A DNA stretch of 64,000 nt from Balanoglossus misakiensis (taxonomy: Eukaryota; Animalia; Hemichordata), in assembly GCA_040954595.2 (NCBI GenBank), contig CM082576.2:19887028-19951027 (forward strand), given 5' to 3'. The notes under the pieces were generated by a model. That model had not been told where the DNA came from. It did no database searches and worked only from the letters and a program-made list of their open reading frames with translations. Of this stretch, positions 11,615 through 26,449 are shown in pieces (the stretch's first letter is position 1; each line of letters starts with the position of its first letter). A program made the position numbers and the translations under genes.

Positions 11615-12441
11615 GGGACTGTTCAGTTTTGGTGGAGGGGGGGGGGGGGCAAAAGTTTGTGTCATTGGTTTTCAAAATCAGGCCGACACCCCCTTCAACC
11701 AGGACCAAAAAAATGATGACCCCCCCCCCCTTTGACAGGACCAAAATATGATGACCCTCCTCCCACCCCGAAAACATTTGCCATCCGTATCTTATGTACA
11801 CTGACTGTATGCAATAAAGGTAAAGGGTCTCCTCACACCTCAATTCTAAATTTCTTAAAGAAATGTATAATTTGAAGTGTATAATAGTATAGCGTTGCAA
11901 TAAAGAAGGTCTATGGATAAATTAAAAGGACACGTCAATACAATAGTTGGTAGAATTGGTAAAACAAGAAAAGTTGAAGGGGTGGGTGTACGTAGGACAA
12001 TTTTGTAAAATACAATTAATGCATTTTAATGAACTCAAAGGCAAATTAACTTAATGTTGGGGAGGACAAATTTGACTTTTGCCACTCAAAGTTAACATCA
12101 GTGGGGGTGGGATGGCAAGTATTCTGCCCTGGTACACTATATGTGGCGAAGAAATAAGGGGATGGGTGTGGGAGGGGATGTCCCCCTTCCACATAAGAAA
12201 ACTTTGTAAAATATGTAGCTCAAAGTTGCATTTTAATGAAGTCAAAAGCAAATTATCTCAATGTTTGAAAGGACCAATTTTACTGTTGCCACTACACTCA
12301 AAGTTAGCATCGGTGGGTACATGTATATGACCTCCCCCCTAAACGTTTGAAAAAAAGATGACTCCCTCTTTTGGATTTCAAAATTTAAGTGACCCCCTGG
12401 ATTTTGCCAGCCTCCCCCCACCGTAAAAACTGAATGGTCCC
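11615..12441. mobile_element. PIF/Harbinger-type MITE
   Basis: TIRs GGGACTGTTCAGTTTT / AAAACTGAATGGTCCC with TAA TSD. Absent at the paralogous sites near 28590 and 35962. Confidence 0.8.
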
Positions 12442-13570
12442 TAAGCGCTATTTTGTCAGTGAAATGGCTCCATTATTATCCCTCCAACTATAGTTGAAAC
12501 GGAGTTAAATATGTACAGCTTGAAATCATAAAATGTTGCAAAATTGAACCAAGAGTTTGGTCAATGATCAAGTTCTTACAGCTATTACTAGAACCATACA
12601 GTCTCAGCGAACAAGAGACATTGGTCCGATTTGCAAGCCGAGTTGGAACTGACTTTGCCTGCACACAGATGTGCCAATTTCAGCGAATCTTATCGTATTT
12701 AAAAATGAATATGGAGAATTGTTATCTGTGTTCCTATTGCTAGCCTACATACATGTAGCTGTTGTCATTCTAGTGTTTTTTTTCTGTATACCAAAATTGC
12801 CACACTGTTTGGGATACTTTTATCAAATGTTATGTGATACTATATCAGCCTGTTTTGGGGATCTTGACAATGACATATATTAGACTTTTCATACACAGCA
12901 TGAGGTAGAATTTCAGAAACGATTAGGTAATAAGACTGCATATCTCATAGGAAATAATCACTTTAGAAGTATTACGATAAAAAAAATCATTTCACTCTTA
13001 TTGGGAGCATACATTTGTAAAACATACATACAGACATGAATACAGACATAGAGAGATCAAGGTGTATACGATTTTCAGTGGGGGAGGGGGTCCTCCTTAA
13101 TTGCAAACAACTATGTAATGGTAATTTCCCTTTTATAATAACAATTTTTGAGGTATAAGGAAAAAATATCAAACAAAATAAACAAAAAAACAAATTCAGC
13201 TATGATTTGATTCAATTATCATTCTAAAGAAGCACATATCATTAACTCACAACTAAACTTTTACAGTGATCAACCATGCACTTTCTGAGAATTGTTTTTA
13301 TGCCCCGAAAATACAATTTTTTTCATTTTCAGAACATTTATGATATATCACAGTAAAAAAATCCCCTGGAAACTGCAAAACAAAAAATTGCAAAGCAATC
13401 AAACAAAAATGGCAAAAATTGTCCACAAAAACTATATTGACACTTCCATCATAGGATTTGTTAAAATGTCGTGATAACACACCTAGGAACCTGCAAACCA
13501 AATTTCAAAGAACTGTGAGTAGAGGTTTTTGAGTATTTGACCAAAATCACCCCAAAAATATACTTCAAAC

Positions 13571-15915
13571 CAGATATTAACTGAATATGCTCACGTGCAG
13601 TACTGTGATTGGTTGACAGAATAACAAGATTAGAAAAACCAGTGTTAAACCAATTTGGTTTATAGTGTATATGGTGTAAGGGTTGTGTGTTGCACCATTG
13701 TGAAATGTAAACATGTTTGTGGAATTGTTGCCTTGTCAATTTTTGTAAGGGGTTATGAGTCATGTACCCCATCCTGAACTGCATAAAAAGATAAGTCTAT
13801 GGAATTCTAAAACTCGTTGATCAAAAATGGCAAGAAATATACCAAAAAGTATGAATATTTCACCAGATTTCAACAAATCTGATTTCTGTTCATGCCTAAG
13901 AACCTCTTTAACAAGTTTCAATAAGGAAGACATTTTGGCAAACAACAGGTAATTCAGACAAATCTGACTGATATCACATATATGAATTCCCATTCAAAGT
14001 TTCCAATCAATTGGACTTGTGGTTTTACTGAAGACTATTTGGCCAAACCCTGCAGAATTCCCAAAAAATACAATTATGCAAATTTCTTTACAATTTGATC
14101 ATATCTGACTGAGATCACCCCTAGAAACCCAAATACAAAGTATCAAAACAATTGCACTTACAGTTTCACGGGATTTGATTTTTTGACAAAAACAGGAAAT
14201 ATTGCCCAAAAATGCATTTTTGCAAATTTCACCACCGTTTGCACAAATGTGATTCAGGTAAGCCCTATGAACCTCCATACCAAGTTTCCAATCAATTGGA
14301 CATGTAATTTCAGAGAAGAATTTTTTTTAACAAAACTGCAGAAAATTCCCCCAAAAATTCATAAAAAATAGCAAACGCCAGATACTGACTCCACCTGAAC
14401 AAAATCATACGAGGTCTTCCCATAGTTCTTGCACACCAATGCACGCCAATTTTTAACTGAATCTGATCCGCTGTTATTAAGTTTTTCAATTTTGACTATT
14501 TGAACATTTTTCCAGTTAATACCAGTATGCATTTTTTCGCAATAACAATTTCTATGTACACACTAAATATCAGTAGTTTCAAGTTTTTGATGTTGATGGA
14601 CATACACATACATACATCAATACATTTAGACGAAACTGATCCATTCGCAAAATACATAATTCTGTATGAGGCACACATACAGACATACATAGACGACGGA
14701 CACCAACTTATGCTATAAGCTGACATTGATATACATGTTAGCCAAAAACCAAAATCAACCTCAAAATAGACATTAAAATATATTGCACCACCATGAGAAG
14801 ACAAATTCATTTTTCGCCAAATTTTCTGGGGCGTCATTTGATATAGCATGGCATATTGTCAAAGTACGTAGTCTCTGTGATAAGATTCCATACACACAAA
14901 ATGGTAACCTTGGAAGTCCAGCTGACGTAGTTATGCAATGGCGCCTCGTGTATTCCGTCGCCAAAAAATCATCGTAAAATTGATAGTCGGGGTCACAATT
15001 CAAGACGACTTTCTCTAAATTCTTTATGAATGGATTAAATCGAAATCGAAATGTTGACGTATGACGTACGGAATGAGATCTGAACAGACATTCAATGTTA
15101 TCATTTTCGCTCGATCACATATTGGGTAAGCCATCTAGCAATCGCTATATAGTATTGGCGATAACAGACTGTCTATAAACTCACAAAACGGATTTTACTG
15201 TTGAGTGTGATCAACCGCCACGTTATTTTTCTCTGAACAATAGACAAATAGAAAGCCTGGTGACATTTTGAGATTGACTGCGTGAGGACCACAATATGCG
15301 TGAATCATTTACGGTTTGTCTTGATGAATGGGTCACGTCATAGTCATAACGCGGATTCGGCTGCACGCCAACTATCCGCCATATTGTCTCCACTAACTTA
15401 CTCGTAAGTAGTTTCAAACTTCATTTGAAAAGAGTATTCGTCTGACGGTCCTGTAGATTAACAATTTACGCTCGATGAAGCAACTAAACAACGTTAGCTT
15501 CCTTGTGGATTCACGTAGGGAAGTTATTCGTAACGACGGGTACAGCGTCTGAGCATGGACAGAACCACGGCAATATCGCCAGGAATGTCTCATTTCACAG
15601 CGCCCTCAAACAGTCGATCTCCTCAAACTATCGTTTCCACTGGTCATATATGCGGCATTAACGAAAGCTCACATAGACAACCATGTAATAGAAAAATTAA
15701 AACTTAAATAACTTCATTAATATCAAAGCCACACGCACCAAAACCTTTTCAGTTCTTGCCATATGATATCTGAACCTGTGTACTAAATTTGGTTGAAATC
15801 GGTTCAGCGGTTCTTGAGATATCGGGTATACAGACAGACACACACACACATACATACATACACACACACACAGACATCGCTAAACCATAAGCTCACGTGA
15901 TTTTCACGTGAGCTA
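13571..15915. mobile_element. Helentron/HINE-like non-autonomous insertion (two tandem or nested units)
   Basis: Absent from the paralogous arm (empty site in a T-run near 34860); no TSD. Ends with a CA/TACA microsatellite and the hairpin AGCTCACGTGA-TTT-TCACGTGAGCT (15891-15915). A second microsatellite plus degenerate hairpin end lies at ~14670-14742. Confidence 0.65.
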
Positions 15916-16689
15916 AAAATGAAAAAAAATCCATGAGGTCTCAAAATGAATACACACCAATTTCTAAAGCAATTTGACCAGTTTCCACCAATTTCACATT
16001 GGTCCCAGTGGTAGATAGACATATACGAAATGGGAACCAAAGAATAAAACACATTTCAAAGATTTAACACATCTTTTTCCTCAAGAGTGTTTTTCAAATC
16101 TTCTCCACATCCTTCAAAATCGCCACCATAAAGCCATATTACTTGAAGTGCTTATGTTTGTCATATCTAGGTGATGCATACCACTATAGATGTGTACCCT
16201 TTGTATAGAGGCAGATTAAACAGGTGTGGTACCTGTTAAATATCTGACTTCTTTAAATTACAGCCACAATCGTCAGTCAACAAGATGTTCATGTAGATGT
16301 ATACCTAGCAGTAAGCTTATTTAGATTGACAAATCTTAGATGAAAATAATGAAAAAGTGGCACAACCCTTAGGGCTTTAACTAGCAGCTTTATGCCAGAT
16401 GAGTTCGAGTCTAACGATGTAATGTTGACATTAAGGTTTCATTGAAATAACTTGGGAACCTCTCTACTATTTGAAGCACCAAAGCTGTGAAAAACTTCCT
16501 TCTTTCCCTGAGTTTTTTATGAATATGTTCTAATCTGGGACAACAATTTGTTGCCAAGTGTCTTGACCTCTTTACCAAATGTCAGGGACCGGATTTTTTT
16601 CAGCAAAATTTCAAATAACCTTGGCTGATTTTTTACTTACTTTCACATATTGGGTAGCATGAAACAAAGTATGGCTTCCAGAAGGGTTA

Positions 16690-17880
16690 TAGATACAGTG
16701 TTTTGTAATAACAAGAATTAACATGAAACTATAATTTCATGGTTAATTTAGGACCGCCTTAATCTATGGTAATGTCATTAAATATTTGCATATCTAATTG
16801 TAGGCTATCCAGTGGAGGGAGAAACCTAAACATGGACAACATTGGGGTCAAAATTGTTTGACAGAACTTTGGGTGACTTTGGGTAAACCTTGACCAACAT
16901 TACTATATCTTGGCATCCAGAGCAGATGCAACCTTGACACTTGGAGTGATGGAAATGCATAATGGAGTATTATGTCTCAGCTAGTCACAGTGCTTTTGCT
17001 GTGTTTTATGTCTTTTATTCAGCCAAATTAGATGTTTTTTATTACACATTGGCTGTGTTTGCCAGTACTTTTTAGCTGGTCACACTGCCTTAAGACAATG
17101 TATTCTCAAAATACCATGCAATCATTATGAAGCATATACAGCAGACAAAGTTATGGTATGACTGAACTTGCCCTTCTTTGTGACTAAAGCATGACCGGCC
17201 TGTCTTAGGTGGCCCCTACCTAGGGGCTTTACCCGTCATTGGCTCACAGTCTGAGAAATCAGCTCTGCAGGGAAGTTAACGATGTAACCCACCATTAAAG
17301 CTTGGATTTCCGCTTTTTGTATCTGATGCCTGGCTGAGGCCTTCTTAGGATCTACCCAACGCTGAGTAGGCTATCCCGTCATTGGCACACAGTCTCAGGG
17401 AGGGAGTCCAAAGTTCAGTATACCAGCAAAGCCTTTATATTGTCCATTCTTTTTAAGAGAAGGCTGGCTGCTGTAGAAAAATGTTGATCTCAAATGTATC
17501 ATGTCCAAAAAAAGGCAGACTTCCAGCCCTATTGGTTAGGCTGGCATTAGGTATGTACATAATTAATGAGGCAAGACATAATATTCCATTACATAGTTCC
17601 ATAACTCCAAGTGTCAAGGATGTATCTGTGCCGGATGCCAAGATATAGGAATGTAGGTCAAAGTTTACCCAAGATCACCCAAAAGTTTGTCAAAAGATTT
17701 TGACCCCAGAGTTGTCCATGTCCAGGTTACCACATCCACTAGAATAAGATATGCACATATTTAATGAGGTTACCATAGCTCAAGGGGGTCTTTAATTAAC
17801 CATCAACATTTAGTTTCATATTAATGCATGTTAATATAATACACTGTATCTATAACCCTACTGGTAAGCCTAGAATTAGG
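16690..17880. repeat. Local inverted repeat (~290-bp arms) around a ~600-bp core
   Basis: 16690-16975 is the reverse complement of 17580-17870. The paralogue is at 32910-34110. Confidence 0.8.
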
Positions 17881-20800
17881 TACATGCGAAAGTTTTTGAC
17901 AAGATAGATAAGTTGTAAAATATGTACATGAACCTGACAATTGACTTAAAATAACATAAGGCAGACTTGATACTTATCGGAGATAGATACTAATAACAAC
18001 AGTGATGTTAATTACACCGGGAATGTTTGTCTTATTATAGCTACATGTAAAAGACTGCTTGAGGTAATGTAATTAAAGTGACCACTTGCGATTCACCTTC
18101 AAAGTGCTATGCAAGTACATTGTTTTTCCAATGATTGGACAAAGGATATTCATAATGTGTAATTAAGGCTGGATAGCATTTTCAATGTAATAAGCCCTGC
18201 CTTCACTATAATCTTACGCCAAATCAACATTGTTCAATTTATGTTAATAATTTCACTAAGGGATACTTGTTACATCAAATTTCCCAGCAAGGGGTGTCAG
18301 ATTATTGGGCAAGTGGCATGCATGACACTAGACGATACTTTTGGAAGCAAAGCGGACAGAACACGGCTGGATATAGACTAGGTAATTCTGAATGTGACCA
18401 TGAACTGTACCACAGACTCTGTATTGTATGTTTCTGAAGAATCCCATTTAACCCAGACATCAACATACTTCAACCTTGTAAGAAGTAGAACATACATGAT
18501 TTACTAGTAAATATTTGCTAGGTTATTACACACTTTGGATTACACAAAAATAGGTGTGTACACCGCTGTGACATTGCCAAGCAGATATGACCTACCAGGT
18601 AACCTAATACAATTTCACAGGAATCGGAGTATTTTCAGTGAAAACAACATTTCTTCAACAATGACAAAAACTGCCTCAACCACAAAAATTCAGATATCAA
18701 CAAATCCAACAATATCTCACTTCAATCACCACAAGGAACATGCCTACCAAAATTGAAAGCAATTTGACATGCGGTTTCAAAGAATACAAATTGCAAAAAT
18801 TGCCTCAAGACCACAAATATGCAAATTTCACCAAAATGATATACAACATTACTTGGGTTACCTCATGGAACAAGCAAACCAAAATTTAAATGCAACCTGA
18901 CCTGACATGGAGTTTCAGAGAAAATGATTTTTGACCAAAAATGACAAAATTATATTTCCCAAAAATTACAAATTTTGCCACAATTTAAACAATACTAACA
19001 AAGATTACCTATAGGAAATAGCATACTAAATTCTAGACACAATTCACGATATTAGCTGAAAGTATATCAGGCGTGACATAAGCTACATGCATACAAATGT
19101 TCAAAGCAATCTGACCAGTTGTTGAGTTTCTGAGTTTTGATCAATTTCACATTGCTCCAGGTAATTAGCATATTTCATTTGAACAGGCGTGCCTGCATCT
19201 AAAAACCCAATATCAAGACTTACCACACAGACTCTGTATTGTATGTTTCTGGAGTAATCAAATAAAACCAATCATGAAAATACTTCAACCTTCTTAATAT
19301 GAACAAAATCCTATTTACAGGCTGGCCTACATCTACACACCAAATATCAAGGGGATACGCGAAGGGGTTTTCAAGTTTTTGATGTGGACAGACATACATA
19401 CATCCATACATACTACATACACACATACAGAGGCAACTGACTGGTCAGAAGGCATGAGCAAAAATGCAGGAAATCAATGTTGTGACACTGGTAGTAGGCC
19501 TTAATGTATACAATATCAAGACAGTTTATTTAACATGAAGTTTGATATGTTCATAATCATTCAGAGCTAAGCATATTTTGAAATTGTAAAATTAATATCA
19601 ATCACATGAAAACTGACAGCATGCTTTCATTTGGGAATTTAGGTATTGTAATTAACACTAACAGTCATGAAACTATTGAATCGTCAATAAAATCATACAG
19701 TAGAAATTAATGGGTTTTCTATTTATATGCGATGTGAAAATGCAACTTGTGGTCCTTCGGCCAGTAAGAGGCATCAGATAATATTGTAAGACCCAGTTGC
19801 CCAATTGATTAGACCTACATGTATGCGCTGTGTGAAGCGCAAGTTATGGCAACTGAATTCACAGGACACTGAAGAAAGTGGAATCACTCAAGGTACATAT
19901 GTATACATGTAGGCTAACAATCACAACACAGAGAATAGTTCTCCATATTCATTTTTAATACGATAAGATTCACTGAATTGGCGCATCCATGGGCAGGCAA
20001 GGTTAGTTCCAACTCAGTTTGCAAATCAGGCCCATGTATCTTGTTCCCTGAGACTGCTTCTAATAATAGCTGTAAGAACATATTAATCGTTGACCGAATG
20101 GTTGGTTCAATTTTGCGACATTTTATGATTTCAAGCTGTGCAATATTTGCAACTCAGTTTCAACTTTGGTTGGAGGGATGATGATGAAGCAATTTCACTG
20201 ACAAAATAGCACTACTAACTGACGTCAATATTTGTTCAAAGTTAAATGCATTGCCATCAGAAAAATGTATACGAAAAGTTTCGTATGTGAATAATAACAC
20301 TTTTTCGCATAACTGCAAACCCTGTCACAGTTGTGAAATTCTAAGAAAATTCATTCATTAGGTAGAATTCGTGCTTTATGAATTCTTAAACAAACTTAGT
20401 CATGAAACCTAAATGGTTACCTTACACATGTGGAGGCTCGACTTCTGTGATATGATACTCTTTAATTAATGTGTATGTGATTCCATACAAATCCATATGA
20501 TTACCTGAACATACAAAATAAATTAAAAATAAATACATAAATTAAAAATAAATAAGTATCTCATACATATGCATAAGTGCTTGTGAGAAATATATCATAT
20601 ATCTAAATAAACCTGTCATTTATTGACCTCATTTTTCCAGTAAACCAAAGGACTAAATTGCACTTTAATATTACAGCTTCATTTCAATGCAACAGGTACA
20701 CTACATCATAAGGGAACAAATATGCCAGCTCAACATTTATATAAACAGTGTCAAAATATAAGTGGCTACAAAAGCTTGTGTCCCTTCAATCCATTCTCCC

Positions 20801-21888
20801 ACTCAGGTCAAACGTGTTACATATTAAAATTGCAATGTGCATAATATACAATTAGTCTTTTGTAAATTCAGACTGAGAAAGTATGACTGATAAACATTAT
20901 CTGGCACATGTTGGTGAATGGCTGGCGTTGATGTTGTGGGTTGAAATCCGAACTATGATTATCGCGGGTACAAATCACATTTATTTTCTCAGAGACAACA
21001 CGTTTGCAACTTCGGGACAGAAAGGTGAAAACGAACGTCATTAGTTCTTGGGAAAAAACTCTGAAATCAATTTCATTGAGGTCAAATGTGTTCCAAAGGC
21101 AAACCGTTTCTGGTAAACAAATCAATGGCAAATAGTTACTTCGGCGACTTACCAATCAATCAACATGGCTGCCAAATCGTTGGATATCCCGGTTTCATCT
21201 CGCGATCATTCTATCTTCCGATATAGCGTTGCTTGGTTAAATTCGTCTCTTCTTTGCCGACATAGTCGGGCGACAGCGGTCCAGAAGCATATACAGCGAC
21301 GCCATCTTGTTTACAATGTGAAGTATCAACTGCGCATGCTCAATGGTTGTTGATTGGAAAGTGGGCAGAGCCTGCAAGATCCAGGGTTCGCTTGACCGGC
21401 CAAACGCGGTTATTCTCCCTGGACCAAATCATTTAAGCGTCAGGCGTAATACATCACATAATTGACTGGAAAACTAAACAGTCTTCCACCTATATATCAA
21501 CACAGTTTATTAAACCAGCACCCGCGCAAATATTCACAAGTATATGATTAAAATTGATGAAATCATTAATCGCACGGTTACAGCTGTCATAGTTTCTAAT
21601 AATATTATTCACTGGTAGCGCTGACATACCATGTTGAAACTTGTCGCGGAAAACAAGATAATTGATCTTACGGTGTCATTTGTTTTTAAAAAGTGCTTAA
21701 TAACTATTGATCCCATTGATATATTTTTTCCATATTTATATATTTTTCGCTAATTTTGACTGCTTGGGCTACTAATAGCATGGTGATCACAATGGATTTA
21801 CCACCTCCCAGCTGCGTTATAAAAGAATGCCTATTCTGTGGACACTAGCCTCATCGAAGACCGAACGTGTTCATCGATGTTTCCATTC

Positions 21889-21975
21889 ATGACGAACTCC
21901 AATGCAGGCGTCGCAGTCATTCTGGCTTTCACGCTGTGGGCACCTCTGGTGACAGCAATTCCCAACAAGTTGCGG
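21889..21975 (+). other. Possible signal-peptide first exon
   Basis: MTNSNAGVAVILAFTLWAPLVTAIPNKLR followed by a GTAAGT donor. Confidence 0.35.
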
Positions 21976-22418
21976 GTAAGTAATCACACAACCTATATGA
22001 GTGAAAGTTTCTTGTCATTTTCGCAACGTCAAGGTTGATATTCTCTTCTTGGATCGAAAATGTGTGACACAACAAATGAATCTGCGTGGCAGGGTCGGCT
22101 GTGTCTTTTGCTTCGAGGCATAGTCGTCAGACACACATCCCTAAGACGCGAAGCCAGCTTATCCTTTGATCAAATGGCAGCGCTATTCTAAATATTTTAC
22201 AGCATGCCCTAAAGGACAAACACGTGCCGCTGGAAGAGGCCAACACTCAGCAGAGACGGCAAGATGTTAACGGAGGTGAGCCCCAACAATAAATTAATAT
22301 TGTTCCTTTTATTTAGAAAACGCCGCATAATTAGCCAACCAATCATGGTTATGAGAAACCTCCAAAATACAATGTATCGATATTTACTGCATCTGTTCAT
22401 ACTTCGCCCGCGCTTTAA

Positions 22419-22783
22419 AAACCCTATAGCTGCTAAAATTGGCATATTTTTTTCCAGAGTAAAATACTTCATATGTATATTCCCTATTCCCTAAAATCTT
22501 CACCCGTGACCATTGAGCCATATTACTTGCATTTGCATTGGTTTGTCATAACTTGGCGTCGCATTTCACGATAGCTGCTTAGCTGCTATTGTTTGTATGA
22601 AGGCTGATTAAATCGGTGAGGCACCGTTTTAATACATAGCATGTTCCAATTGCAACATGCAGTCACAATCGGGCATCGATAAGATGTTTATGTATACCTA
22701 TCAGTAAGCTTATTTTGATGAACCAATTTAAGTTGGAAAATAAAATCATGAAAATAATGCTAAAAGTGGCAGCTTTGGAGGCT
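22419..22783. mobile_element. Kolobok-like MITE (TTAA flanks)
   Basis: TTAA on both sides with imperfect TIRs (...ATAGCTGCTAAAATTGGCAT / ATGCTAAAAGTGGCAGCTTT...GCT). Related copies at ~16060-16380 and ~34330-34680. Confidence 0.5.
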
Positions 22784-22817
22784 TTAAACTACATTTCTCC
22801 CAAATTGTCTTGACTAA

Positions 22818-22968
22818 ATGACATACATGTGGTCAAAAGTTCTGACTGCAGAAGAGGTTGCAGCTGTGGCGGGGGACTGTTCAATTGGAGGAAATATATT
22901 TACATGGAATAAAGACAATATTGAAATGGCAGCAGAAATAGTTCCTACTGAAAAGAATGCTATCTGCA
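22818..22968 (+). pseudogene. Orphan exon fragment, C-terminal end of a pentraxin/LamG domain
   Basis: MWSKVLTAEEVAAVAGDCSIGGNIFTW matches the pentraxin W..VL...EI....C...GN...W pattern and ends at GTGAGT. No acceptor is visible; it abuts the MITE. Confidence 0.5.
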
Positions 22969-23856
22969 GTGAGTATCACAACTTTAAAATGAAAGATTTT
23001 GCAAATTTAAAAAAAATATTGAGTGTTTTGACATGCGTCAGTGGTCAGTAACACACAAGCTGCATGATAAGAGGGTCACGAGAAATTGTAAGCCGCAATG
23101 TATAATGGATTAACTCCATGACCTATGCGACCTACGAACTGTGACGTACAGAATTTATTTCTACGTGTAATGCGGTCTGCGGCAGTGAGCCACAGACCGC
23201 ATTGCGAGAGCAGTGAGAATTCACCACAATGCAAACTTTCTGAACGTAGGTTGATCTTCGAATGAAATATTACCTTGTCACCAGTTTTCCACATGGCTAC
23301 ACTGTAAAATTGGGTGACGTGTTCGTTCACAAGTGGAATAATTGTGAGTAGTAAAGCACGCGAAGTTAAGCAACGAGCGCGTTTTGAAATGCGCGCAGAT
23401 GATCCCAGTTTAGCAAATTCAGGCCATTGCGTGCATGCAAAATAAAATAATACTGTACCGGGGGTGAGCCTACTTTCTTTCCATACAGATACACGTATAT
23501 GTTGGTTAAGGTATGTGACAAACAGTTTTCATGTAACAGCCAGTGATGCTGACCATAAAACCAGCGCAGCTGATGCTTTCATCTACAATTTGCAACATGG
23601 ACGTTTGTGTCTCTGCATGTGTCGTGCATGTTACTGCTGAACAAAAAAGATATGCGGGCACCACAGGCTGGCGAAAGCGGTGCTCACGTGCTCTGCAAGC
23701 TGATGTTGTCACTAAATTGGCAAAGTATTGTACACATGGAGGAGTTTCTTGAGCTGTCTGTTGTATAAATGTCGGTTGTGAGTACATTATTTTTTATTTT
23801 ATTTTAATAATTTTCAAAGCCCCTATGATTGAAGCATATTATTACGACTCATCCGT

Positions 23857-23958
23857 TCATCATTCATTCATTCATTCATTCATTCATTCATTCATTCATT
23901 CATTCATTCATTCATTCATTCATTCATTCATTCATTCATTCATCCATTCAGTCAGTCA
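23857..23958. repeat. (TTCA)n microsatellite
   Basis: Direct observation. Confidence 0.95.
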
Positions 23959-26449
23959 CTGTACCAATTGAAGACGCCCTTGTATAGGAGAATTTAGCTA
24001 TGTACTGACTGTCTTTTCATTTTTTCTTCATCCTATAGAATCTACCGACCTGGTCGCTGTCAATAACAATTCAACTCCTTAAACATCCTGTGTGTGTGAA
24101 GTCTATGAACACTGGCCATGCATTTCAATTCAAGGACAAAATGAATGCGCAATATTTCGTTTTATCGAGAGTAATGTGCAGTGATTAAATTTGCTAGGGC
24201 TCTCTTAGCAGATTTGGAGTTAGTCATTTTGGTAGAAACTTTTCGAGATGGGAAATCTTTGGTCATCTAACCAAGTTATTTGTATTTTTGTTATATAAGA
24301 CAGAGTCATTTCTATATCATAGATGCAAGTTTAATTTATAACATGAATTTGAATAAAATATTTTTTTTAAATATCACCACATGAATTTGAATAAAATATT
24401 TTTTTTTAAATATCACCAGATTGAAATCTTTGGAAGTTTGCACTTAGAGGGATGGCATGGCAGTTTTCCACTGTTCATATTACAAAGAATTTGGCGTCAC
24501 GTGTAGATTTCATGAGTGTTCGAGTTTTGCTCTTCCCAGCCTCGTACCCACAATCCTCTGATACTTACACTTACGTCAGTTCTATAGCCGCTGACCCACT
24601 AGATTCTCCTTATGAATTGCCCAAATTATTTTTGGTATAGTTTTGATAGTTAGTGCACGGAAACTTTTGATCGATTCACGAAATTCAAAATATGTTACAT
24701 CACAAACCTCATAAAAAGGAGGCTAGAGTAGCCTGTTTGTTTTCAGGTAATTTTACAATTACCTCAATTACCTTTTTTCGAGGGAGGGGGTTAAGAAAAC
24801 ATACAGATTGAAATAACAAGGAAGTGGTATATCAAACCGAAACCTTATCTCAATCGTGATTCTAGAGTGTTTCCATGTCATGTGACATCCACAAAAATGT
24901 GGTATTATCTTGAAAAGAGTCCCGATTTCCCAAACTGGTTTTGCGAATGTACTTCACTTTGGAGCAATGCATGAGTACATTCGTAGAAAGATATTGCTCC
25001 ACTATTTACTGACACTCCTCTTGTACTGCAAATATTACTGCATTCTGTCAGGGCAAGACAAAAGACACAGCAGAACTGCCAGAATTAAAACAGACAACTG
25101 GCAATTTCAATAAAACATGTAATAACAAATATATGTAACATTGAATGAGGTGTCCATACAGCTTGGTCATTTAAAGACCTCCAGTCATTGTGACAATGCA
25201 TAAATATTTATGTACACCATATTAAAAATTAGTTCAGGCATACCTTATACATGTATGTTTTTGACTGACCATATCCTCAGCACGCCCTTTTTTTCAAAAA
25301 GACTATCATTATTCTCTGCCAGGCAGAGAGTTGCCGCTTTCTTGTTAACAATAATATACTATTATAACATTGCATAGATTCCTGTTTGTTTCTGTCCATA
25401 TCTCACAAACTGTGGTGTGCATACTGTTGAAATGACCTCAAGAAGAAAATGCCAAATGGAAAAATATTTGACATACTAACCTGTATGATAATGTTATACG
25501 GTACAATATATTTAACGGTTCCAATCCAATGTTGAGAACTAACAAAACAATTTGAGCAGAATTCATTTAAAATTAATTGCAGTTCCGTTTCACCGCATTT
25601 CATAGGATGCTGGCTAAAATTCATACTATGGTGGATTACCTGTTATGCATTTCTTTCCCTATTTCGTCTGGCAGATTTGAGTTTGACAAGCTGTCATTTT
25701 CCTTTCAGCTCCGCAAAATTGATGGATTTACTTTGACAGCACACAGACTGTCCATTTGTCATCGGAGATACAAGCAGCATCAGTTGCTGAACAGCTTGCA
25801 GCAGTGTTGGAAAAGAGTACACAACACTAACTTGCAAGAGTGCTTTGGCCCTTTCTTCACACTGTCCGAAACTTGTTGTGTTACATCATTGCTTAATGAA
25901 TAAGAAATACACAGGTATTTAGCGTTCTATTCAATACCTACAATAGATAAAAGGGTGTCGGTCTGTATGCGACAATCTTCAATGTTCTTATGAGCACAAG
26001 TCTTTATTCAGGGAACGTTTTACAGTAAGAATTATATGATATAAACTGAATAAGTTTGTTGTCTGTCAACTCTTCTGTCTTTGTCTTACCGATACGGTTC
26101 TAACCGCAAACACTGAGGCTTCTCTGCTCGTACACAGTATAAATCAATGGATGATAAAATGCGCCCTCTTTTGGTGAACTCTTCGTACCGCCCGACCTTC
26201 TACCTTACATTAAGGCATGTAGGGCGGTCAGGTAGATGGCAGTGTATTGCAAGCGTCTCTTGCATATTTTTTTCCGCCAGGAATGGCATACATTCGTTTT
26301 TGGCGACACCACAACTGCTGGAACTTCTCGAAAAATTGAGAGCCGGATTTCATAAATGCTCATGTTTTCCGAAGGGCTGAAAGAAGATCCAGAGTGGAAT
26401 ATTTAAATTTGCCTGTGGCAGACATCATAGTGGCTGCCAGTTATTCTAT

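Larger units (their letters stand above)
10175..21344 (+). repeat. Left arm of giant inverted duplication
   Basis: Collinear reverse-complement matches, e.g. 10190/37980, 11262/36320, 12450/35960, 13540/34890, 17000-17600/33210-33810, 18540/30700, 20450/28370, 21200/27830. Confidence 0.9.
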
